Shown here in pieces: positions 24,301 through 35,459 of a stretch of DNA of 64,000 nucleotides. How positions within the stretch are numbered: the stretch's first letter is position 1; each line of letters begins with the position of its first letter. The notes beneath the pieces were generated by a model. It was not told the origin of the DNA. It made no database searches and saw only the letters and a list, made by a program, of their open reading frames with translations. A program made the position numbers and the translations under genes. This DNA is from Hypanus sabinus (taxonomy: Eukaryota). The DNA is taken from NCBI RefSeq assembly GCF_030144855.1, contig NC_082731.1:27590001-27654000 (forward strand). The letters run 5' to 3'.

Positions 24301-24834
24301 TGTCAACCTTTTCTTTTCTTGGAAAGCATTTTGAACCACAACAGCAAACAGTCTCAGTCTTGCTACAGGTGTTACTTACCTGCGTACTCTGTGTTTTTAT
24401 ACTGTGTCTGACGACGTAAGTGGGGCCCTAGTGGTCTTCAGTGCAGGCTGGCAGCTGCTTATGCACAGCGGGTGATTAAGTGCCGCCTTGTGCGGCTGCC
24501 GTGCTGCTACATAATAAATGGTCATGAATATACTTTTTTCCCCCTCAAATCATCCCGCAGGCTAGATTGGACCCCTTCGCGGACCGGTAGCTTCACACCC
24601 CTGATGGAAAGCATTTGCTACGTTGCAGTAACAATCTGTAACCACGAGGGGTAAGAGGAACACCTCTGAAAGAAGGCATTGAGGCTTCAGTCAAACTGAC
24701 TGCTGTAATAGCAACATCATACCACGAGGTGTCAGTGTTAGAGAAAGACGGGGGTTGATGGACAGCTCTGGTGAAACAGTGCACAGGAGGAGTCCATTGT
24801 GCCAGAAGGTCCTGAGGCTATAGGAGCTCTTCAG
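21330..24834 (+). repeat. Local exon-like repeat unit, copy 4 (inverted), split by the hAT insertion; partial copy 5 at ~21105-21175
   Basis: 21330-21897 is the reverse complement of ~15040-15620, and 24604-24834 of ~14809-15045. Ends LVKQCTGGVHCARRS*GYRSSS TCAG, where the donor is replaced by a LINE. Confidence 0.75.
21898..24603 (-). mobile_element. hAT (Charlie/SPIN/Buster-like) DNA transposon, 2706 bp, decayed transposase
   Basis: TIRs CAGGGGTATCAAAC / CAGGGGTGTGAAGC (rc). 8-bp TSD atggacag / atggaaag. Transposase motifs IDESTNVTDVAQL, VATDGALSMVG, HCIIQQEAL, WLHDLAFLVDITEH, MFGTTYLCE.AFS, and an N-terminal C2H2 (PMCLAC...NIKRH). Confidence 0.93.
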
Positions 24835-24849
24835 GGCTCTACAGGAGCG

Positions 24850-25780
24850 ACCACTCCCCGCTGAACATCGACAGCTCCTCGGTAGAGATATTTAAGAGCA
24901 CCAAATTTCTTGGTGTTCACCTGGTGGAGAATCTCACCTGGTCCTTCAACACCAGCTCCATAGCAAAGAAAGCCCAGCATCGCCTCTACATTCTGTGAAG
25001 CCTGAGGAAAGTCCAATTCCCACCCCCCATCCTCATCACATACTACAGGGGTTGTATTGAGAGCATCCTGAGCAACTGCATCACTGCCTGGTTCGGAAAT
25101 TGCACCATCTCGGATTGCAAGACACTGCAGTGGATAGTGATGCCAGCTGAGAAGATCATTGAGGTCTCTTTTCCCGCCATCACGGACATTTACACTACAC
25201 ACTGCATCCACAAAGGAAACAGAATTATGAAGGAACCCATACACCCCTCATACAATCTCTTCTCCCTCCTGCCGTTTGGGAAAAGACTCCGAAGCATTCA
25301 GGCTCTCACGACCAGACTATGTAACAGTTTCTTTCCCCAAGCTATCAGACTCTTCAATACCCAGAGCCTGGACTGGCACGTTGTCCTATTGTCCTGTTTT
25401 TATTTATTGTTTTTGGGCACTGTTTTTGTGCACTTTACACAGTCCTGTGTAGGTCTGTAGTCTAGTAGGCTTTGAAAGGGAGGACACATGTACAGCTGTG
25501 AAGATCCCCACTGCACCTGATGACCCTGTGATCTCTGTCTCAGAGGCTGATGTTAGACTGTCTTTAAAGAGAGTGAACCCTCGCAAGACAGAAGGTCCCG
25601 ATGGAGTACCTGGTATGGCTCTGTATTTATTATTATGATTTTGATTTATTTTTCATATTTGCATATTATCATTTGCACATTGGTGCTTTATCCATCTTTG
25701 TTGTTTGCAGTCTTTTGTGGAATCCCTTGTGTTTTTTTTATATTTACTGTGACTACCCGCAGGAAAATCCGTATACCACT
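24850..25780 (+). mobile_element. Rex1/Babar-type LINE 3' fragments
   Basis: TKFLGVHL.ENLTW, KAQHRLY, IESIL..CITAWFG and HPSYNLFSLLP.GKR...TTRL.NSFFPQAIRL motifs. Confidence 0.8.
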
Positions 25781-25829
25781 TTGGATACTTTTGTGGGGGA
25801 TGATCTTCCAAGGGAATGCCACAGTGACT

Positions 25830-27950
25830 GAGTTACAGGCATTGAACACGGGTCTGTGGTGCAGAAGGGACAGAGAGAGAAGAAGGGAGCGGTAGTGATA
25901 GCGGACTCAATAGTGAGAGAACAAACAGGAGATTCTGTGGATGTGAATGAGACACCGGAATGGTATGTTCCCTCCCAGGTGCCAGGATCAGGGACATCTC
26001 AGATTGCGTCCACAACATTTTGGAGAGGAAGGGAGAACAACCAGATGTCTTGATACATGTTGGTACCAATGACTTTGGAAGGAAAAGCAAGGAGGTCCTG
26101 AAAAGAGATTTTAGAGAGCAGGATCTCCAGGGTATTAATTTATGGATTGCTGCCTGTGCCACTCATCATTGAGGGTATAAACAGGATGACTTGGCAGATA
26201 AATGCGTGGCTGAGATGCTGGTGCAGGGGGGCAGGGCTTCAAATTCTCAAATCACAAACCCGAGGAAATCTGCAGATGCTGGAAATTCAAGTAACACACA
26301 CAAAATGCTGGTGGAATGCAGCAGGCCAGGCAGCATCTATAGGGAGAAAAATTGTTGACATTTCTGCTTGAGACCCTTCATCATGACAGCGCTTCTCCCT
26401 ATAGATGCTGCCTGGCCTGCTGTGTTCCACCAGCACTTTGTGTGAGGTTCTTGTATCATTGGGATCTCTTCTGGGGGAGGTACGACAGGTTGCACCTGAA
26501 CTCGAGTGGGACCAGTATTCTCATGGGCAGGTTTGTTAGAACTATTGGGTAGGGGTTTAAACTAATTTGGCTGCGGTGTGGGAACTGGAGTTATTGGACA
26601 CAGGATATACAGATGGTAACAAAGTAAAGATAGCATGCAGTCAGACTGTCAGGTAGGGCATGCAGGTGATGGGACATAGTCACAGCTAACTGGCTGAGTA
26701 TCAAAACATTAGGGATGCAAGATCAAAAGTAGTAGCAAATACAGTACTGAAGGTGTTGTATCTCAATGTTTGGTATATAAGAAATAAGACAGGTAATCTT
26801 GTTTCACTATTACAGATTGCCAGGGTATGATGTTATGGCCATCACTGAATCATGGCTGAAGGACGGTTATAGTTGGGAGCTGAATGTCCAAGGTTACATT
26901 TTGTGTCAGAAGGATAGGAACATGGGCAGAGTGAGTGGTGTGACTCTACTGGTAAAGAATGTCATCAAATCAGTAGAAAAATGTGACATAGGATCAGAAG
27001 TTGTTCAATCCTTGTGGGTTGATTTAAGAAACTGCAAGGGTAGAAGGACCCTGATGGCAGTTATATACAGGCCTCCCAATAGTGGCTAGGAGGTGGACCA
27101 CAGGTTACAACAGGAAATAAAAAGGCACATCAAAAGGGCAATGCTATGATAGTCATGGGAGATATTAACGTGCAGGTCGATTGGTAAAATCAGGTTGTAA
27201 TGAATCTCAAGAGTGTGAGTTATTGAATGCCTAAGAGATGGCCTTTTAGAAAAGTTTGTCATTGAGCCTACCAGGGGATCCACTATACTGGATTGGGTGT
27301 TATGTAATAAACCAGAAGGGATTACAATATGACTGAGTTCAACTTGATATTTGATAGGGATAAGGTAAAGTCTGATGTAGCAGTATTTCAGTGGAGGAAG
27401 GGAAATTACACTGGTATGAGAAGGAGTTGGCCAAATTAAATTGGAAGGAGCTGTGAGCAGGGATGTCACCGGAACAGCAATGCCATGTGTTTCTGGGAAA
27501 AATGAGGAAGGTGCAGGACATGTGTACTCTAAATATGAAGAAATACTCAAATGGTAAAATAGTACAACCATGGCTGACGAGGGAAATCAAAGCTCATGTG
27601 AAAACAAAATAGAGGGCATACAAGAAAGCAAAATTAATAGGAAGAAAGCGGATTGAAAAGTCTTTAAGTACCTACAGAAAGCAACTAAAAGAATCATTAA
27701 AAGGGAAAAGATGAAATTTGAAAGCAAGCTAGCAATAATATCAAAGTGGATAGTGTTTCAAGTATGTAAAAATTAAAAGAGAAATGAGAGTGCATAGAGG
27801 ACTACTACAAAATGAGGCAGGAGAAATAATAATGGGGGACAAGGAGATGGCAGTACATAAATCACCTGGACCAGAGAAACTGCACCTGGGTTCTGAAAGA
27901 GATTGTGGCGGCAGTAGTATGATCCTTCAAAAATCATTGGATTTCTAAAA
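25830..27950 (+). mobile_element. CR1 LINE (esterase ORF1 and endonuclease), decayed
   Basis: AVVIADSIVR; VCSLPGARIRD...HVGTND; YDVMAITESWL...VIYRPPNSG. Confidence 0.85.
26297..26444. repeat. Fold-back element made of inverted Penelope termini, inserted in CR1 ORF1
   Basis: 52-bp arms (26297-26348 / 26393-26444) with 3 mismatches. The loop holds a degenerate hammerhead core. Confidence 0.85.
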
Positions 27951-30900
27951 TAATTCCTAGAAACATTTTCTCAGTTGCTGCAACTCGGTACACTTGGTGC
28001 AGATGTGTTCAGCTGGGAGACTGGAGATCTCCCAGACTTCCCACATCCCACACAGAGTGCAAAACACTGCCCCTGGAGCCATTCCCTCTAATCTACTGTG
28101 CCCTAATAGATGAAGAATGAAGAAATGAGAACAGAAAGAGAGAAAACTTATGGTCTTATGGAAGTTGGAGTAGGGACTAAACAGAGGAAATTTATGAGAC
28201 ATAATCTTCCACACACACAGCCTTGCTCACTAATCCTAATCTACCCCAGCTTTCTGAAATAGCTCCTAACCCTCAGAACTCCTCAATTAAGTTATTGGAG
28301 CAGAATTAGGCCATTTGGCTCATCGAGTCTGTTCTGCCATTTCATTATGTCTGATCCATTTTCCCCTGTCTGCTCCCGATATCCCTTCATATTGTAATCT
28401 AGAATCCATCAACCTCTGCATTGAACATTAAGAACTTAAGAAATTGGAGCAAGAGTCGGCGATTTGGCCCATCGAGCCTGCCTTGCCATTCAATAAGTTC
28501 ATGGCTGATCTGTCCTTAAACTCAGCTCCATCTACCTGCCTTTTCCCCATAACTCTTATTTCCCATACTATGTAAAAATCTATCTAACTGTGTCTTAAAT
28601 ATATTTAGTGAAGAAACCTTAACTGCTTTCCTGGGCAGAGATTTCCACCAATTCACTACACGCTGGGAAAAACAGTTTCTCCTCATCTTCATTCTAAATT
28701 TTCTCCCCTGAACCTTGAGGCAATGTCCCCTAGTTCTAATTTCACCTACCAATGCGAACAACTTTCCTACTCCTATCTTATCTTTCCCTTTCAATATTTT
28801 GAATGTTTTTGTAAGATCGCCTCTCATTCTTCTGAACTCCAAAGAGTATAGTCCCAGGTGACTCAATCTCTCCTCATAGGTTAACCCTGGAATCAACCTG
28901 GTGAATCTATTCTACACTGCCTCCAAAGCTAGTATATCCTTCCTCAAGTACAGAGACCAAAACTGTTTCCAGTACTCAGGTGTGGCTTCACCAGTACCCT
29001 GTATAATTGCAGCTAGACCTCCCTGCTCTTGAATTCAATTCCTCTAGCAATGAAGGCCAACATTCTGTATGTCTTCTTAATACCCTGTTGTACCTGCAAG
29101 CCAATATTTTGTGATGCATGCAAAAGCATTTCCAAGTCCCTCTACACAACAGCATGCTGCAATCTTTCACCATTTAAATAATAATCTACTCTTCTATTAT
29201 TCCTTCCAAAGTGGATGATTTCGCACTTACCAACGTTGTATTTCATCTGCCATACCTTGGCCCACTCAATTAACCTATCTATATCCCTCTGCAGACTCTC
29301 CACATCCTCTGTACAATTTGCCTTTCCACACAGTTTAGTGTCACCAGCAAATTTTGCTGTGCTACACTCAGTCTCCTGTTCTGAATCATCAATGTAAATG
29401 CTAAACAGCTGTGGGCCCAACACTGACCCCTGCGGAACCCACTCATCACTCACTGCCAACCAGAGAAACAGCCATTTATGCCAACACTCTGCCTTCTATT
29501 GGTTAACCAATCCAATATCCATGCCAATACATTTCCTCTGACTCCACGCATCCATATCATATTTATAAGTCTCTTGTGTGGCACCTTATTGAAAGCCTTC
29601 TGTAAATCCAAGTATATGACATCTACCTGTTCCCCTCTATCCACTGCACTCATTATGTCCTCAAAGAAACTCCAATAAGTTTGTCAAGCAGGACCTGCCC
29701 TTTCTGATTCCATGCTGTGTCTATCAAATGGAACCACTCCTTTCTAAACATTTTGCTATTTCTTCCTTGATGACAGCTTCAAGCATTTTCCTGACTACAG
29801 ATGTTAAACTAACTGGCCTATAGTTGCCTTCCTTTTGCCTACATCTTTTTTAAAAATGTGGCACAAATATGCCTAGACTTGGCCTCCATAGCAGCCTGTG
29901 GCAATGAATTCATCTTCATCTCTTCTAAAAGGACCCCCCTCTATTCTGAGGCTGTGTCTTCTGTTCTTAGGCTCTCCCACCATGGGAATCATCCTCTCCA
30001 CATCCAATCTTCTCAAGTCTTTTCTACTTTCGATCAATTTCAATAAGGTCATCTGTCATTCTTCTGATTTCCAGTTCGCATAAGCCATTCGAACCCGGAA
30101 TTGTTTTTGTGAATCTCCTTCGAACTCTCTCCTATGTCAGCACATTCTTTCTTGGATAAGGGGCCCAAAACTGCTCACAGTACTCTGTTAGGCCTCACCA
30201 GAATTTTCTAAAGCCTCAACATTATATCCTTGCTTTTATCTTGTAGTCATCTTGGAACGAATGCTGACATCATATTTGCCTTCCTCAACCTGACCAACTC
30301 AAACTAAATTAACCTTTAGGAAATTCCACATAATGACTCCCAAGTTCATTTGCACCTCAGATTTTTAAATTTCTGTCCATTTAGAAAATTGTTTGCCATT
30401 ATATTTCTTCTATCAAAGTGCATGACCATACAATTCCAAACATTGTATTTCATCTGTCACTTCATTGCCCATTCTTCCAAACTGCCTCAGTCCTTCTGTA
30501 GCCCCTCTACTTCCTCAAAACCACCTGCCCCTCCACCCATCCTGTATCATGCACAATCATTGCAACAAAACCATCAATGCTATCATCCAAGTCTTTGACA
30601 TTTTATGTTAAAGGAAGCAATCCCACCACTAGTAATCGGCAGCCAAACAAAAAAGCCTCACTTTATTCCCATTCTTTGCCTCATGCCAATCAGCCAGTTC
30701 ATCCATGCTAGTATCTTTCCTGAAATACCATGAGATCTTAAACTGTTAAGCAGCCTCATGTGGGGCACCCTGTCATTGGCCTTCTGAAAATCCAAGTACA
30801 CAATATTCACCAATTCTCTTCTGTCTATTCTGCTTTATATTTCTTCAAAGAATTCTAACAGATTTCTAAGGCAAGGTTTTCCTTGAGAAAACCATGCAAG

Positions 30901-32480
30901 ACTGCAGCCTACTTTATCATGTGCCTCCAAGTATCGGGAAATCACAACCTGAGAAATCGACTCCAAAATCTTCCCAACCCCTGAGGTCAGAATAACAGGC
31001 CTACAATTACCTTTCTTCTGCCTCTCCTTGAAAAGTGAAGTTACATTTTGAATTTTACAGTCTTCCAGAACCATTCCAGAATCCAGTGATCTGTGAAAGA
31101 TCATTAATAATGCCTCTACAAGCTCTTCAGCCACCTCCTTCAGAGCCCTGGAGTGTACACCATCAGGCCCAGGTGACTTACCTCCCTTCGGATCTTACAG
31201 TTTCTCAAGAACCTTCTCCCTAGTAATGGGAGTATTATCCACTCTTGTTCCCTGACACTCTCGAAATTCCACTAACTGTTTGTGTCTTCCACAGTGAAGC
31301 CTGATGCAAAATACTCAGTCAGTTTGTCCATCACTTCCTTGTCCCCTATTACTACCTCTCCAACATCGTTTTCCAGTGGTCTAATGTCCACTATCGCCTC
31401 TCTTTCACACTTTAAGTATCTGAAGAAACTTTTGGTATACTCTTTAATATTACTGGTTAACATACTTTTGTGTTCAATCTTTTGCCACTTTATTTTTGTC
31501 AATTGCCTTCTTGCGGTGAGTCTAATTTCTCACCAATTTTTGCTAAAATATGTTAACTTCCTTCCATTGTTATTGGGTTTACTCATCTATAGCTTTCAGC
31601 ATTTTATTTTTATTTGTAACCCTTTTTAAATTTCTGAACTGAACAGAATTCCTGCTCCTTGTACCAGTTTTCAGCAATGTACTAATCTACGATATGTTCA
31701 ATTTTTAACCTCGCCAGCACATGGCACTGGGAATAATCCAGAGATTACCACTGTGAGGTCTTACATTTTTACATCCTTTCTTTCTCCCAATATTCATTAC
31801 ACAGCAGCACATCCATTTTTCTGCCTATTGTCATTTGAGCCAATGTGTGCAGCCACTTCTGTCTGCTCACCCTCCCCACTGAGAATGTTCTGCAATCGCT
31901 CAGAGACATCCTCATCTGAATTATACTCGATTTGTAATTCCTCAGCCCACCTACCCAGCTGATCAAGATCCCACTGTAATTGTTGCTAACCTTCTTTGCT
32001 CCCTACAAAACCATCTATTTTAGAGTCACATGTCATCTAATACTCAGGAATACGGGATCGACTCCCATCAATGAGAGGGTTCCTTCATCCAGGTAACAGC
32101 AGTCATTTGGATAAAGCCCGAGGATGAGAATGAAAGGAACAATTCTCAATCCGTCTATGTAGGAATGCCCCCAAATGCAGTATTGTGCAAAAATATTCTT
32201 GGATCAGATTTTGGAGAGTCACACATTCACAAAGTCAGAGAGACTCCCAGTGCCTAGAACACAGGGTGCAGAGCAGGAAGTAAGGAACATGGTCCAGATT
32301 TGAATATTAGTCTGGTATCCAGGCCTTGGAGAGTCTCTCCCTCTTACACTGTGACCTCTCTCTCTTTGCCCTTCCTGCTTCTCTCTCTCCCCTTCCACCT
32401 TTTCGCAGCTCATTTCAAACTTTTCAAACCTTCAACCTGCTGCCTCAGTTCTCCCTGCCACCCCACAGTGCACAGGGTCA
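27950..32480 (-). mobile_element. Stack of CR1 LINE segments (ORF1 zinc-finger start, RT, endonuclease)
   Basis: AVFCTLCGMWEV...CTKC; VDVIYLDLQKAFNKVPH; [17 protein letters not shown]; YEERLSHLGLYSLEFRRMRGDL. Confidence 0.85.
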
Positions 32481-32959
32481 GATGCTGGCTCTGACAAGCT
32501 GCCTGCACTGTGTACAAACAGACTGTTGGAGCCATCGGCTGAGAGAGAGAGAGAGGCAGAGACACAAACAGGAAGCAGAAGGCAAAGCTGTTACTGTGAG
32601 CAGTGAAGAGTGTAAAATACACTGGAAGACTGGCAGCACAAAATCAGAAAGGGAAAGAAGGTGTGGGCAGGTCAGTTTCGGGAGCCGAATATTTCTGGAG
32701 AGGATCAGAGGCCAGCGACAAGGAAATGTCCTCAGTTATTGCACTTCCTGGTTTTGCAGATAGCTGAAACATGAGAGTGGGCAAGAATCTGGTTGCTGAG
32801 CAACAGATCTGGTATATTGCCAGTGGGAGTTACTGAGAATTTAATCAAGAGGCTGAGTTGTACATACTGAGTTGGTGATGTAGATACGGGAGTTTAGATC
32901 ACATCACATGGCAGCTGGGATGTTTAAAGTCAGTTCATTAAACATGTAATGCGGCTTTG

Positions 32960-33170
32960 AGAAATGGATTGGTGTCTAAACGCATGACTGACGTGTTTCA
33001 GGGAAGGGAATCTGCTGACTTTACCTGGTCTGGCCTGTTTATGTCTCCAGGCCCACAGTAATGTACCTAATTGCTCAGTGAAATAGTTCAGTAATCCAGC
33101 CAGTTCAACAGAAGTGGGGATGGGAAAGAAATGTTGTTCTACTCACATCCCATGAATGAATAAGTCATGA
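32960..33170 (+). mobile_element. SINE fragment
   Basis: agggaagggaatctgctgactttacctggtctggcc...cacatcccatgaatgaat resembles the common elasmobranch SINE body (from memory). Confidence 0.5.
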
Positions 33171-35459
33171 CTAAGACGGATGACGGATCCATCACTGTAT
33201 TGTTTTCAGATCAATGATCAATCGCACAAAATTAGGATTGATTTTAAATTAAATTGTAGATGTGGAATTCGGAATTACTCTTGTCAATAGTTGGAATGGT
33301 AAGTCCTGCTTACACATACACTCCAGGTTATGGGCATGGGGAATCACCACAGGATCTGGTCCCAAGTCATCTCCTTTGCCTGCAATAATTTCTCCAGTAT
33401 CTGATTCAGTGCCTTGCCCTCTCATGACCTGCTCTGCACTCCAGGTTGTGGGCACAGGGAATCTCCTCCTGTATGTGATTTTGGGTGCAGTCTCTAATAT
33501 CTGGTCCATATACATTTTCCCAAATGTCTGAACATGGTGCGTTCCTGGGATCTAAGGTTGGGAATCTGATTTTCGGATTCTTCCAAACAACTGATTTTAA
33601 ATTGTTTCTCATACATTGGAATGACAACCTTCCTGCAGATCAGTTGTGTATTCCCAAGCTCAGTTGTATTCCCTTATGAGTGATGTTCAGAATTAACTAC
33701 GTACAGTTTCTGGTCCTATGGAGGGATATTTTTGCCATTGACTGGTCCTTTATAGTTTTCCCCAATGTCTATTTCTAGAGTGTATTCCTTCAATATCTTG
33801 TCCTGTGTGCCTTGCTCCAATGTCTGTCTCTGGACTTAATTCTGCTTAAATCAGCTGCTGGTGTCTATCCCCAAAAAAAGCTGTTGTATTCAATTCTATT
33901 CTTGGTTTGTATTAATTAGTAATGGTTTAAGTTTTCTACTCCTCATGTGTTTACCCCAGTATCTGTTTTATTTTCCTACATTGGCATATTTTCTCAAAAT
34001 GCTCTCTCTTGCTGACATCACATTAAAACATGTACTTGGCCGATATCCAGTTCTGGGTCACCTGTACTTGTACCAACACCCCCACATTCTCTGATGGGGG
34101 ATGCTGCAGGATGCACAAAGCTTCCTTCAGCGAAACACTGGGAAGACCAAAGGCTCTGGTCCCCACAGTGAGTTTTGTTCCAGGGCACTGATCTGTTAAT
34201 TCCCTTTTCAGTGACCTGAGAACAAATATTCAGGCTGACTTAGTTGTTCACTGTAGTACAGAGGGACAGAGGTGCTGCCTTTCAGCTGAGATATTGAAAG
34301 GAGATTGTGTGTGTAATAGGGAAGCTCCTGTCCCCACAGTTTTATAGGACAGGGAGTGTGGAGAATTCAGATAATATGTTGAAATCTGGGATTGAGACAC
34401 TCATTATAAACATTCAATCTAAATGTGGCTCTGGAATGTGTAACAAAGTTCTGAGAAACTCCTCCAATGAGCCTCTTGTTTTCCTAAATATCTCTCTCGG
34501 GGTGCAACACCCCAGTATTCTCACTGTGGGAAATCTCTCATGAACATGAGCAGTACATGTGGGGCTACACTCATATATCATATATATCACATATATTTGT
34601 CCCGGGATGCATTACCCACTTGTACTTGTAGGCAGGTGAAGTCACTGCAGTGATGAGAGAACTGAGATGGGCTGAATGGCTTCCCTCAGTTTTATCAACT
34701 TCAGTCACTTCATTTTCTCCTTTTTTTTGTTTTTAATTCACATAATTTCAAATTATGACATACACTCCAGCAGAAAACGGAAAGAAAAGCTGCAGGCAAT
34801 GAATTCCATAATGTCTGATTTACGGAAAACGACAGATCAAGATCCTGAGCCCCCTCCCCACGTCAACTTCTTGCTCCATAACAATAATACCCATTTCCTC
34901 ACCTACCTCTTCTCCTTCACTAACCACACAGCCATCCCCTGCTCCCCATTCCCAAGGTTTAACCCTGCTCTCCCCTCCTCTCCCCTCTTGTATACCCCCT
35001 CCAGTGTCACATATCCTGCTATTTTCCCAATGTATCATCCACTGCTGACCCTCCACCCACCTAACCGGCTCTATGCCCCCATTTCCCATCTGGCATCCCC
35101 GGTGCATTTAGAGGTTTATATTCTGAAATGAGCATTTGCAGTGCAGTAGCCTCGGATTGACGAGTGAGTGAGATCTCTTGATTGACTTTGGGGCTTGTAT
35201 CTGCTGGTCACTGCTGATCCTGAAATATAGACAACAGAGTATGATATTGTATGTGACAAGGTGCAGCACAGACCTTAACCTGTGAGGACATGTGAACGAA
35301 ATAACAGACAGTCAGTACTCATTCCAGGAGATGGATCCCCATGAAGAGGTGTCTCTCAGTATTCTCTGAAGTCACTCCAAAACAAAAATATGAATACCAG
35401 TTCAGAACTTTAGGGTGATCCACAGTTGGGCTAATGACTTAGTTCCGGAGTAAAACCAT

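Noticed and set aside
32464-32502. CACAGTG + 23 bp + ACAAGCTGC as a recombination signal sequence
   Set aside because: Nonamer matches only 5/9, and no V segment (YYC motif) lies upstream; heptamers occur by chance.
34676-35131. 151-aa plus-strand ORF
   Set aside because: Low-complexity pyrimidine/proline-rich sequence, no domain and no splice context.
35130-35232. Minus-strand acceptor tttcag|GATCAGCAGTGA as the missing TM2
   Set aside because: 18 kb from TM1 and encodes DQQ*, not a VK-type tail; no supporting evidence.
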